From positions 2,402 to 66,401 of the forward strand of contig DASTZC010000215.1 in assembly GCA_035764505.1 (NCBI GenBank): 64,000 nucleotides of DNA. The letters run 5' to 3'. The notes under the pieces are model-generated. The model was not told the origin of the DNA and ran no database searches. It saw only the letters and a list, made by a program, of their open reading frames with translations. Both the position numbers and the translations under genes were made by a program. Positions 19,988 to 30,300 of the stretch are shown piece by piece. The stretch is from Candidatus Polarisedimenticolia bacterium. GTDB taxonomy: Bacteria; Acidobacteriota; Polarisedimenticolia; Gp22-AA2; AA152. Every line of letters starts with the position of its first letter. Position 1 is the first letter of the stretch.

Positions 19988-20724
19988 GAGAGGCGGTGCT
20001 CCCGATCCTGCTCGGCTTCCTGCTCGGGCTGAAGCATGCCTTCGAGCCGGATCACCTGGCGGCGGTCGCGGCGCTGCGGGGCCGGAGCCGATCGAAAGAG
20101 CAGCCGCGCCCGGTGGAGATCGCCTTCCGCTGGGGAGCGGGCCACGCGGCTTCGCTGCTGCTGGCCGGAGCAGCCGTGATCTTCCTGGGGTGGCGAATCC
20201 CGGCGCGCCTCGAGTCGATCCTGGAGCTGGCGGTCGCGGCCCTGCTGATTTTCTTCGGGGCGCGGATCCTGTCGCGACTGACGCGCCGGGATGAGGCCCA
20301 CGTCCACTGGCACGAGCACGACGGCTGGCTCCATGCACACCTCCACTTCCACGCCCGCGAAGCAAAACACGGCCAAGCCGCGCACGACGAGCCGGCGCAC
20401 CGCCACCGGCACCTCGAGCCGCTCCTGCGGCCGGGACGGAGCCCTTTCTGGGTCGGCATGCTGCACGGCCTGTCGGGCACGGGCGCGGCCACGCTTCTGG
20501 TCCTGGCCGCCTCGCCCACCCCTTCCGCGGCGCTGCTCGCCCTGGCGCTGTTCGCGGCCGGGACGCTGTCCGGCATGGCCGCCTTGAGCTGGATCCTCGG
20601 GTTCCCGCTGCAGGCTGCGGAGAGGCGCTCGCGGCGCATCCATCTCGGATTGCAGGCGGCCTCGGGAGCGGCGAGCCTGCTGGTGGGCCTGGCGCTGGCG
20701 GGCCGGATTCTCATCAACTTCTGA
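19984..20724 (+). CDS. NicO/HoxN-superfamily-like metal (Ni/Co) transporter membrane protein with a His-rich loop
   Basis: TM2 signature LGLKHAFEPDHLAAV (HxxxxDH) and a His-rich loop HVHWHEHDGWLHAHLHFHAREAKHG...HRHRH; about 6 TM segments. Shorter than canonical NiCoT, so the family assignment is tentative. Confidence 0.5.
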   Translation: MREAVLPILLGFLLGLKHAFEPDHLAAVAALRGRSRSKEQPRPVEIAFRWGAGHAASLLLAGAAVIFLGWRIPARLESILELAVAALLIFFGARILSRLTRRDEAHVHWHEHDGWLHAHLHFHAREAKHGQAAHDEPAHRHRHLEPLLRPGRSPFWVGMLHGLSGTGAATLLVLAASPTPSAALLALALFAAGTLSGMAALSWILGFPLQAAERRSRRIHLGLQAASGAASLLVGLALAGRILINF

Positions 20725-20749
20725 TTCGATCCGAGGGGAGACGAGAGCT

Positions 20750-21964
20750 TTGAGCCAGCAGCGGCCGGTCCTGGGAGTCACCGACGATTTGATGTTCCGC
20801 TCGCGCATCGAGGCGGTCCTGCGCGCCGCCGGGATTCCGTCGGCCTTCACCAGCGGCGAGCGTCTCACCGAGGTGGCGGCCGAGCTCCTTCCGCGCCTGA
20901 TCCTGATCGACTACTCGCGATGCGGGGAGGCGGGGCTGCAGGCGATCCAGGCTCTCAAGGCGGCCGCCGTGACGGCCGGCGTGCCGGTGGTCGCCTATGG
21001 GTCGCACATGGACCTGGCGGGACGCGACAAGGCGAGAGCGGCCGGCGCCGACGAGGTGCTTGCCAATTCGCAGATCGCCTCGGATCTCCCGGGGATCGTC
21101 CGCCGCCACGCAGGCTCCGCCCTGCAGAGCCTGACGCTGCGGCTGGGGCACAGCCCCGATCCCGACGACGCCTTCATGTTCTACCCGCTGGCCTCCGAAA
21201 AGCTCGATACCGCCGACCTGCGCTTCGAGCAGGTGCTGAAGGACATCGAGACGCTGAACCGGATGGCGCTGGACGGCGACATCGAGATTACCGCGGCCTC
21301 GGTGCATGCCTATGGTCATCTATCCGCGCGCTACGCCATCCTGCCGTGCGGCGGCAGCTTCGGCGACGGCTACGGCCCGCTCCTTGTCGGCCGGCGGCCC
21401 TCCATGGCGGGCGATCTGCGGGGGGCCTCCATCGCCGTACCGGGGACCCTCACCAGCGCCTATCTCGCCTTGCGCCTGTTCGCGGGAGAGGTCACCACCC
21501 GCACCGTCCCGTTCGATGCCATCCCGGATCACGTGCTCTCGGGCAAGAGCGATTTCGGGCTGCTGATCCATGAAGGCCAGCTCACCTATCGCGCCTTGGG
21601 ATTGCACCCGATCGCCGATCTGGGGGCCTGGTGGAAGGAAGAGACCGGCCTGCCGCTGCCGCTCGGGGTCAACCTGGTCCGCAAGGACCTCGGCGCGGCG
21701 CGCTGCCGCCAGGTGGCGCGCATCCTCAGGGAGGCAATCGACTTTTCCCTGGCGCACCGGGACGAGGCGCTCACCTACGCCATGCGGTTCGGGCGGGGGC
21801 TCGAGCGCGGTCTGACCGACCGGTTCGTCGGAATGTACGTGAACGATCTCACCCGCGAGGCCGGATCCTCGGGTCGGAAGGCGATCGCGCTGTTCCTGGA
21901 AAAAGGGCATGCCTCCGGGCTTCTGCCCCAGCGGGTCGTCCCGGAATTCGTCGACTACGAGTAG
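20750..21964 (+). CDS. Fusion of a receiver (REC)-like N-terminal domain with a MqnA/MqnD-family (futalosine-pathway menaquinone biosynthesis, PF02621-like) domain
   Basis: N-terminal segment has REC-like landmarks (VTDDLMF, LILIDYS, VVAYGS) but lacks the conserved beta5 Lys. C-terminal segment has LRLGHSPDPDDAFMFYPLA...DIEITAASVHAY...ILPCGGSFGDGYGPLLV, typical of MqnD/MqnA. Confidence 0.6.
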   Translation: MSQQRPVLGVTDDLMFRSRIEAVLRAAGIPSAFTSGERLTEVAAELLPRLILIDYSRCGEAGLQAIQALKAAAVTAGVPVVAYGSHMDLAGRDKARAAGADEVLANSQIASDLPGIVRRHAGSALQSLTLRLGHSPDPDDAFMFYPLASEKLDTADLRFEQVLKDIETLNRMALDGDIEITAASVHAYGHLSARYAILPCGGSFGDGYGPLLVGRRPSMAGDLRGASIAVPGTLTSAYLALRLFAGEVTTRTVPFDAIPDHVLSGKSDFGLLIHEGQLTYRALGLHPIADLGAWWKEETGLPLPLGVNLVRKDLGAARCRQVARILREAIDFSLAHRDEALTYAMRFGRGLERGLTDRFVGMYVNDLTREAGSSGRKAIALFLEKGHASGLLPQRVVPEFVDYE

Positions 21965-21968
21965 CCCG

Positions 21969-22997
21969 GTGATTCCCGCCGCGCGCCGATCCGCCCCAGG
22001 GCCCGAGGGCCCTGGCCGCACCGCCGGCCCGGAGCGCGCCCTCCTCTCCTGGCTCCCCGCCCCGGCTGCCGTCCGTCTGGAAGGCAAGGATCGGATCGAC
22101 TTTCTCCATCGCCTCACCACCAACGATCTCCTGAGCGCCGCGCCGGGGCAGGGACGCTACACCGTCTTCCTCAACACGCGGGGCCGCGTGATGGATCTCG
22201 TCCTGGCGCTCGTTCTCGATGAGGCGGTCCTGCTCATCCCTTCCCCGGGAAACGCGGAGCCCATTCGAGCGCTCCTGGACGGCTACCTGTTCCGCGAAGA
22301 GGTGACGCTGCGGTGCGACGAGGATTTGGCAGGCGGTCTTCTTTTCGGCGGCGGCGCGCGGGCTGTCCTCGAGCGGGCCACGGGGGACCCATTGCCCGGC
22401 GGAGACATCGGAGATCATCGGCCCTGCCGAATCGCCGGAGTCGACGGACGTGTCGCCCGCATCCTTCCGATGCAAGGGGACACCTTCCGCCTGGTCTTCG
22501 ATAGAAACGCACTCGGGGCGGTGGAAGGCGCGCTGCTGAACGGTGGGGGCGCGCCCGCATCGGAAAGCGATCTGGAGAGCTTCCGGGTGGAGGCGATGCT
22601 TCCGGCCCTTGGACGCGAGCTGAGCGAGGAGTTCAATCCCTGGGAAGTTTCCCTGGATCGCGCGATCAATCTGCAGAAGGGGTGCTACCTGGGACAGGAG
22701 GTGGTGGCCCGGCTGCACACCTACCGCAAGGTGCAGCGCCGTCTCGTCGGATTAGAGCTGAGCGGCGGGATCCCCCGGCTGCCGGCTCCTCTCTTCGATG
22801 GCGAGCAGAATGCCGGAATCATCACCAGCGCGGCGCCCGCGCCCGATGGCAACCGCTGGCTCGCGCTGGGGGTGGTGCGCGCCGCGCTCTGCAAGCCGGG
22901 TCAGGAGCTGCGCTCCGAACCTTCCGATGCGCCGATAACCTGCCGCGTGCGCGCCGACGCGCCACCCCTCGCCGAATCTTTCGCGGGACCTTCCTAG
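21969..22997 (+). CDS. ygfZ: YgfZ/GcvT-like folate-binding protein (Fe-S cluster repair/tRNA modification associated)
   Basis: Aminomethyltransferase-like fold with the signature KGCYLGQE motif near the C-terminal third. GTG start at 21969, in frame within the 21909 ORF. Confidence 0.6.
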   Translation: MIPAARRSAPGPEGPGRTAGPERALLSWLPAPAAVRLEGKDRIDFLHRLTTNDLLSAAPGQGRYTVFLNTRGRVMDLVLALVLDEAVLLIPSPGNAEPIRALLDGYLFREEVTLRCDEDLAGGLLFGGGARAVLERATGDPLPGGDIGDHRPCRIAGVDGRVARILPMQGDTFRLVFDRNALGAVEGALLNGGGAPASESDLESFRVEAMLPALGRELSEEFNPWEVSLDRAINLQKGCYLGQEVVARLHTYRKVQRRLVGLELSGGIPRLPAPLFDGEQNAGIITSAAPAPDGNRWLALGVVRAALCKPGQELRSEPSDAPITCRVRADAPPLAESFAGPS

Positions 22998-23115
22998 AGT
23001 CAACCGACGAAAAGCGCCCTGATCCTGAGCTCGGGCAGGGGCACCCTTGCACGCGGCGGCCACAGAACCGCCGCGCGTGAAGGGCCGGCACTTGTACTTG
23101 GGGAGGGTGGTTACC

Positions 23116-24024
23116 TCAGCCCAGCGAGGCCTCGGCGAGGATGGAGTGCAGGCGATCCAGCCCGTCGGTCAGCGCCGCCGGACCAGGCTGCAGGATCAAG
23201 GCTGATTTGATTTCGTAGAGCTTGTCGCGCCGCACCGCCGGCACACAGTCCCAACCCGGCCGCGAGCGGATCGTGTCGAAGCGGACCTTGCGGCCGCACC
23301 AGGAGCCGATGATCACCTCCGGCTCGCGCCGGATGACTTCCTCGAAGCTGACGATCCTTCCCTTCGCTCCCTGCTCGCCGCGCAGCTCCGGGAAGATCTC
23401 CTCGCCGCCGGCAATCTCCACCAGCTCGCTGACCCAGCGTATCCCGGAGATGAGCGGGTCGGGCCACTCCTCGAAGAAGACTCGCGGGCGCCGCAGCAGC
23501 GCCGCTCCCTTTTCCCGCACATCCTCGATCCGGTCCTCCAGCTGCGTGGCGAGCGACTCGGCATCTTCCTCCCTTCCGACCATCCCGCCGAGCATCCGGA
23601 TCATGCGCAGAATCTCCTCGACGCTGCGCTGATTGAATGCCACGACCCAGACTCCCCGGCGCACCAGATCACGGGCAATGTCGGCCTGCAGATCGGAGAA
23701 GGTCAGGACCAGATCGGGCTTCAACTCCTGGATTCTCTCCAGGTTGGCCTGAATGAAAGCCGAAACCTTCGGTTTCTTGCGGGCCTCCGGCGGGCGGACG
23801 GTATATCCCGAGACTCCCACCACCAGATCACCGGCGCCAATCCGGTAGAGGACCTCGGTCGTTTCCTCGGTCAGGCAGACGATTCTGGATGGATACCTCG
23901 TTCCCAATGGCGGCTCCTGGAGAATCGATGCGTCGGTTTCTCTTGCGGTCTCGACGCAAGCCTTTGAAACCCGTGTGCTTAGAGGACAGCTGGCCGGCCA
24001 TGACGGTCCTGCCCCGCTTTTCAA
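23116..24024 (-). CDS. BtuF/FecB-like (class III, TroA-fold) substrate-binding protein; no recognisable signal peptide
   Basis: RIVCLTEETTEVLYRIGAGDLVVGVSGY...KPDLVLTFSDLQ... pattern of cobalamin/siderophore periplasmic binding proteins. The N-terminal 45 aa lack a hydrophobic h-region. Confidence 0.55.
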   Translation of the reverse strand: MKSGAGPSWPASCPLSTRVSKACVETARETDASILQEPPLGTRYPSRIVCLTEETTEVLYRIGAGDLVVGVSGYTVRPPEARKKPKVSAFIQANLERIQELKPDLVLTFSDLQADIARDLVRRGVWVVAFNQRSVEEILRMIRMLGGMVGREEDAESLATQLEDRIEDVREKGAALLRRPRVFFEEWPDPLISGIRWVSELVEIAGGEEIFPELRGEQGAKGRIVSFEEVIRREPEVIIGSWCGRKVRFDTIRSRPGWDCVPAVRRDKLYEIKSALILQPGPAALTDGLDRLHSILAEASLG

Positions 24025-24128
24025 GCCTCTCCGGCGAGTCCCTGCGCTGCCGGGTCAAGACCGCGTCCATTACAGCTTCCAGCTTGCCCGCAAACCTTTA
24101 TTTGATCCTTCCAACCCGCGGAAAAGGC

Positions 24129-24156
24129 TTGCAAAGAAGGCGGTTCATCGTATCAT
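24129..24156 (+). promoter_or_regulatory. Candidate sigma70-like promoter (TTGCAA-16-TATCAT) for giant gene 1
   Basis: Hexamers found by eye in an AT-richer patch 212 nt upstream of the ATG at 24368. Confidence 0.3.
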
Positions 24157-24367
24157 TACGCACACTGATAAGGGCTCGATGCCGCCGAATCCGCCGATTC
24201 CCCAGCGGGAAGGAGTGGAACAGGCGGTTTGTCTAATTCTCTCTCGGGGGTCACCCAGGCAACGGCGTTCCCGGATTTCTGTCTCGCCAGAGGGGGGGCT
24301 CAGACAGCCGGTACGACGCGCTCGCGTCGTGACCCACGCGCCTGCCACCGGCTCCGGCGGGATCCAA

Positions 24368-27300
24368 ATGGAGGCAGGCTTGAGTTCAACTCTCTCCGTC
24401 CGCTCCAGCAGCAAGTTCCTCCTTCTCGTTGTCGCGCTTCTTCCCCTTCTGACCGTTGCTTCCCTTCACAGCTGGGCCGTCAAGCCGGCGATCCACTCCG
24501 ACGTGGAGCTGGGAGACAAGCGTGACATCGACCAGGAAGCGCTCAATTTCTTCAAGCGCACCCAGCCCAAGCTGCACGACCGTCCGTTCGGGTTGAATCC
24601 CTTTGGGGAGAGCTTCACGCCGAAGCTTCCTCCGCCCAACGCGCGCCAGGGTCTCATCGAGACCTCGGCCGGATTCGTCGATCTGAAGAAGTCGGGAAAC
24701 GTCGACTTCCTCCCCGCCGCCTTCCGCGGCCGCAAGGAGCCGCGCGCCGGCTCGGGCAAGGACGTCCTGCTGGTGCAGATATCCGAGGCGGCGCTGCAGA
24801 GAGACGGCGTCGAGGGAATCGAAGAGCAGCTGCGGGAGCACGGGATCGCGGTGGTGAGCAGCGTCCCGGATCGCGGCTGGGTGCTGGTGGGCGGGGCCGA
24901 GGCGCTGTCCGCGATTCGCAAGGCCCCCTTCGTGGAGGCCTCGATCGTCTATCCGGCCGGCTTCAAGGTCGATCCGAAGCTGGGAACCACGCCGCTGCTG
25001 TCGCGGCTGCGCGCCATGTCGCGCGAGCTCGAGCTGGTGGCGCAGATCTGGCCCGGCTTCTCGGCGGATGAAGTGGCGAAAGAAGCGGGAGCGATCCTGG
25101 GCGCCGATCTGGTCGCGGTGCGCGGCATCAGCGACGGGACGCTGGCCCTACGCAGCAAGCCGGAGAAGGTCGCCGCCCTGGCGGAGATCCCCGGCATCCG
25201 GTCCATCCAGGAAGATCTCGAGTTCCTCCTCTCCGCGGCCGAGGTGCATACCACGGCACAGGTGGGCGAGGTCGAGCACACCGGCGGGGCGACGCCGTAC
25301 TGGGACATGGGAGTCGACGGGGGCGGGCTGGGCCTGGGCTCGGCCGTGCCGCCGCAGATCTTCGCCATCACCGACTCCGGCGTCAGCACCGACGCCGTCT
25401 CCTTCGCCCACAGCAACGTCGCCCTGACGCTGGCCCAGATCGTCGGCCTCATCAACGGCGGCACGCACCGCAAGGTGGTCGCCTACCAGCTGATCGGAAG
25501 CCACTCCCCCGGCGCGACGCTCGGGGAGACCTGCGACGGGCTGCTTTCGGGGTCCAACAGCCACGGCAACGTGGTGGCGGGCATCATCGGGGGCAACGGC
25601 TCGGCCCTCGGCGCCTTCGCCACGGTCACTCCGCTGCCCGGCTACGTGCGCACCAACGTCAACATGGACGGGATCGCGCGCGGCTCGCGCGTGGTGGTTC
25701 AGGACGCCGGGGCCGATCCCGAGTGCCCGATCGCCGAGCTGGTGGAGCACGGCGGCAACATCAACCCGATCAACCTGACCGACCGGATGGTGGCCGCGCG
25801 CGACGCGGGCGCCCGCCTGCACGTCATGCCCTTCGCCGTCCCCAACTTCTCCACCCAGACCAGCAGCGGCAGCCTGGGCATCTACACGGCGGAAGCCAGC
25901 GCCGTCGACACCTTCCTGGCCAACAACCTCGACTACCAGGTGTTCAGCCCGGTCGGCAACGCCGGCGCTGACCTGATCAACGGGCGCGACCAGATTCCCG
26001 ACCTGTTCGACGGCGTCTCCAGCGCCGGGAGCGATCCGCAGTGCGGCCTCGGCAACTGCCGGCCGCTGCAGATCTCGCCTCCCGCCACCGCCAAGAACTC
26101 GGTGACGGCCGGAGCGGTCTGCGAGGACGTGCAGACGATGTTCGGCGACTTCAACGAGGAAGAGAACGTCACCAACTACACCTCCAAGGGGCCGGCCACC
26201 GCCGCATCGCTGCGCACCGCGCCGATCCTGACGGGGGTGGGCAACGACAGGACCCCCACCGGCGGCGGGCCGCTCACCTATGGGATGGCGGCTTTCCGCT
26301 CCACCGACAACAATCAGGAAGGGACGGTGGAAGCGGCCCTCGACCAGCACAACCGCGGTACCTCCTTCGCCGCCGCCACGCTGACGGGCCAGGCATCGCT
26401 GGCACGCGACTATTTCGCCCAGGGCTTCTATCCGACCGGCACGCGCGTCGACACCGACAGGGTCCCGAACATCTCGGGAGCGCTGGTCAAGGCGCTGCTG
26501 GTGGCCTCCGCCAACTTCTCCGAGGAGCTCATCGGATTGACCTCCGGTGCGCAGGGCCTGGACGGCAGCGACGTCCTGGCCGACACGACGCGCGCCACCG
26601 TCGTTCCCATCGCGGGCAACATCGGCAACAACCGGCAGGGATTCGGGCGCGCCATCGTCTCTCAGGTGCTGCCGATCGTGAACTGGCCCAATCTGCCGAT
26701 CGGCGAGCCCGACACCCCCGAGTACCCGGCGCCCGGCCTGGTCGTGTGGGACCGCATCGGCACCAACGAGCAGACCATCAACAACACCTCCCGCATCGAG
26801 ATTGACCATCAGTTCCGCGTCACTTCCAACGTGGGGCAGGTGCGCGCCGCCCTGGCCTGGGCCGATCCGCCGGGCGAGCTGCTGGTGAACGACCTCGACC
26901 TGGAGCTGGTCTCCCCGTCCGGGAAGATTTACGACGGCAACAACTACAACCCCCTGAACTCGGTGGTGGGACAGTGGAGCCTGAGCCGGCTCAACGGCTC
27001 GCTCGACATCTCGGATGAGCGCAACCCGGTTGAGGCGATCCACCTTTCCAGCGATCCTGATCGCAACGTGGCGACCAATGACAACCAGCTCGAGGTCGGC
27101 ATCTGGACCGTGAAGGTCTTCCGCGGCTCCGGCGGCGCCACGCCCGGCCAGATCACCGCCAACATCAGCCAGGCCGAGGACGCCAACGCCAATTTCCACC
27201 TCGACTCGAACGTCTGCAACAACAAGAGCGTCAACAAAGGAGCCCCCTGCACCGGCAACGGCGACTGCACCGGAGCGGATCCGGGGCGCGCCTGCGGCGA

Positions 27301-30300
27301 GGACATGGATGCCGACGGCATCCTCGATACCGGAGGCCAGACTTACGGGCTGGCCATCTCCGGCCCGGTGGTGACCGTCCCCGGCGTCTTCAACCCGCCG
27401 GCGCACGCCAATTACCCGCAGAGCTACGTCCGCTTCGACAAGGCGGGCTACACCTGCTCCGATTCGGCCGGGCTGCGGCTGATGGACGTCGACGCCAGCG
27501 CGACGGGCCTCGGCTCCTCCGTCACCATCCGGGTTAAGAACGCGGTCGGGACCGTGGTCGATACCGAGACCAACCTCTCCTTCACCGACATCGGCAACCA
27601 GAACTTCTCGTCGATCAACCTGCCCGTGCGGCGCATCAGCGGAGGCACCGGCGCCACCAACAACGGCATCCTGGAAGCCGACAGCGGCTACAAGCTCGAG
27701 GTGACGGCCACCGACACGCCGCGCGACGCCATCGCCATCGCGCCGGTGAATTGCCAGCCCGACCTCCTCGCCGGGATTTTCGGCAACCCGGGAGGGCGCA
27801 ACGCGGCGGATCTGATCTTCGGCGGCTGCGACAACGATCAGTTCCTCGACGCCGGCGAGACGGTGACCTACTCGATCGCCGTGGTGAACAACTCGATCCT
27901 CAACGAGTACACCGGGGTGATCGCCAGCCTGTCGGTGTTTCGAGCCGACGGCGTCACCCCCTCCACCAAGGTCACCGTCCTCGACTCGCCGAAGGACATC
28001 GGCCGGATGCCCGCGGGCCAGCCGGTCGGCATCAGCTTCTCGCTGAAGGTGGCGACCGACGTGACGACCGAAGGGAACAAGGTGGTCCTCAAGCTGGCGC
28101 TTAGCCAGGGGACCGGCGGGACGCTGCTGTCCCAGGCCAATTTCTCCTTCACGCACGCCGTGGCCTCCAATCTGGAGGCGTTCCACTATTCCACTGACTT
28201 CCCCGCCGGCAGCGGCAGCCCCGTGGCGCGCGACCTGAACCGCAGCCTGGTGATCGAGCCGAACGACCGTCCCGGGCTGACGCTGGGTGCCGTGGACGAG
28301 ACGGTGACCTTCTCGTCGCTGTTCTTCACCGACCCGTCTACCGCGAAGATCAACAACCAGATCCAGGCCGGCGACGAGGCCTATCCGGTCGGCGGAGTCT
28401 TCATCCCGTCGGCCGACGCCAACAGCAACGGGGTGCTGGACCGCGGCATCCTGGCCACCGGCAGTCCTTCCGCCGGCGACCTGATCCCGTGGGATTTCGA
28501 TCGCAACAACGGCGGCTGGTACACGGCGCGCGATCCCCAGTCCAACATCGGCACCTCTCCGGCGACGCTGCCCATCTGGCATTACGTCACCAGCGGGCGC
28601 TGCGGCTTCCAGACGCAGAGCAAGGCCAATTGCGTCCTGGCCAACGGCACGCCGGGCAACGACCCCGACGGCGGCGGGCCGTCTCCCTGCGCCGCCATTC
28701 CCGCGGGGCTGGGCGGCTTCACCCCCGGCATGTGGCACACGGGCAACGGCACCGCATCTGCCGACGTCACCGACTGCGGCAATTACGGCATCGCCTTCAA
28801 CGCGGCGACCGCGACGCGGGCCGAGGCCCTCTACGACGTGATGTTCAGCCCGGTCATCCAGAAGGTCCACCAGGGCCTCGACGCCAACGGCTTCCCCTTC
28901 ACCGTCGAATTCCAGCGCCTCGGCTACAACGCCACGGTGCAGTTCGACGCCGAGGCCACCCTGTTCACCGACATCGATAACAATGTCGACAAGGACTATC
29001 CCAACGTCCTGATGGGCGAGCCGCTGCGCGGCGACGGCCTCAGCTACTACCTGAGCAGCCTGCTCGGTCCGGTGGACCCCTACTACACGCAGACCAATTA
29101 CAACCAGGTCACCTTCGGCCCCACGACCGATCCGGACAACTCGCTGGCGGGCGCGCCTCCGACGCTGACCGGAGATGAGACCGGCTTCCCAGGCATCGAC
29201 AGCGGCAGCCTCAATCCCTACGCCGTCAAGCCGAAGATCCCGGTGGCGCCGACCAACCTGCGCCCCTTCCCGGGCCCCAACGAGGTGCATGCCGGGACCG
29301 ACACGGTGGCGGGCCCCTCGCGCAACGTCGACATCGGCCTGGTCGGCTATGAGAACACCGGTCTGCAGTTCTACGTTCCGGGCGACTCCGGGAACCGCTT
29401 CCAGATCGGCCTGGGCTTCCTCACCTTCGAGGGGTCCGGCGGCGCTTCCGTGGGTGATTACGGCGCCGGCATCGACGACGTGGTCTTCGAATGGGACGAG
29501 GTACACCCGCTCGCCGAAACGACCCCCTCCTGCAACCTGATCGGCGGCGCCTGCAGCGGCGGCTCGGCCAACGGCCAGCGCTGCGCCACCAACGCCCAGT
29601 GTCCAGGCGGCACCTGCATCCAGACGCCCGGACAGATTGCCGCCGGACTGCCCTGCGCCACCCTGTCGGTCGACCGCACCAACCTGTACGACTGCGACGA
29701 GGCGCTGCAGGTGGTCATCAACGATCCCAAGGTCAACTCCGACCCGGCGCGCGGCACTCCGACCACCATCGACACGGTCCAGTTCCGCGCCTTCTCCAAC
29801 GCCGATCCCTTCCCCGGCGAGGTGGGGGTGGCGACCGAGACCGGCATCAACACCGGTATCTTCAAGGGGACCATCACCGTGTCGGGAACTTTCAACTCCC
29901 CCGGCACCGTCTTCGTCGTTCCCTCCAGCGAGCAGAACATCTTCGCCGCCTATGAAGACCCGCTGTGCGACTCGAACCACAACGGCGTCTTCGGGCAGTC
30001 CAGCTTCCTCAACCTGGACGGCGACGGCATCGACGCCGCGCAGGGCCGCGACGGCATCTGCGGCACCGCCGACGACGTTCCCGCGCAGTTCGGGGCCGAC
30101 GGCAAGTGCGGCGCCCAGAAGCACTGCAGCAACAACCCGGCGCTGGTCTGCTCCGTCAACGCCGACTGCGGCGCCGGCACCTGCAATGCCGCCACCATCG
30201 ACGACACCGGCGACAACTGCGCCACCGTCTACAACCCGACGCAGCTCGACGGGGACGGGGACAAGGTCGGCGACATCTGCGACAACTGCCCGTTCCTGTC

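Noticed and set aside
23975-24367. In-frame 5' extension of the giant 1 ORF
   Set aside because: It has no signal peptide or RBS and contains AT-rich, promoter-like sequence. The start at 24368 is followed directly by a canonical signal peptide.
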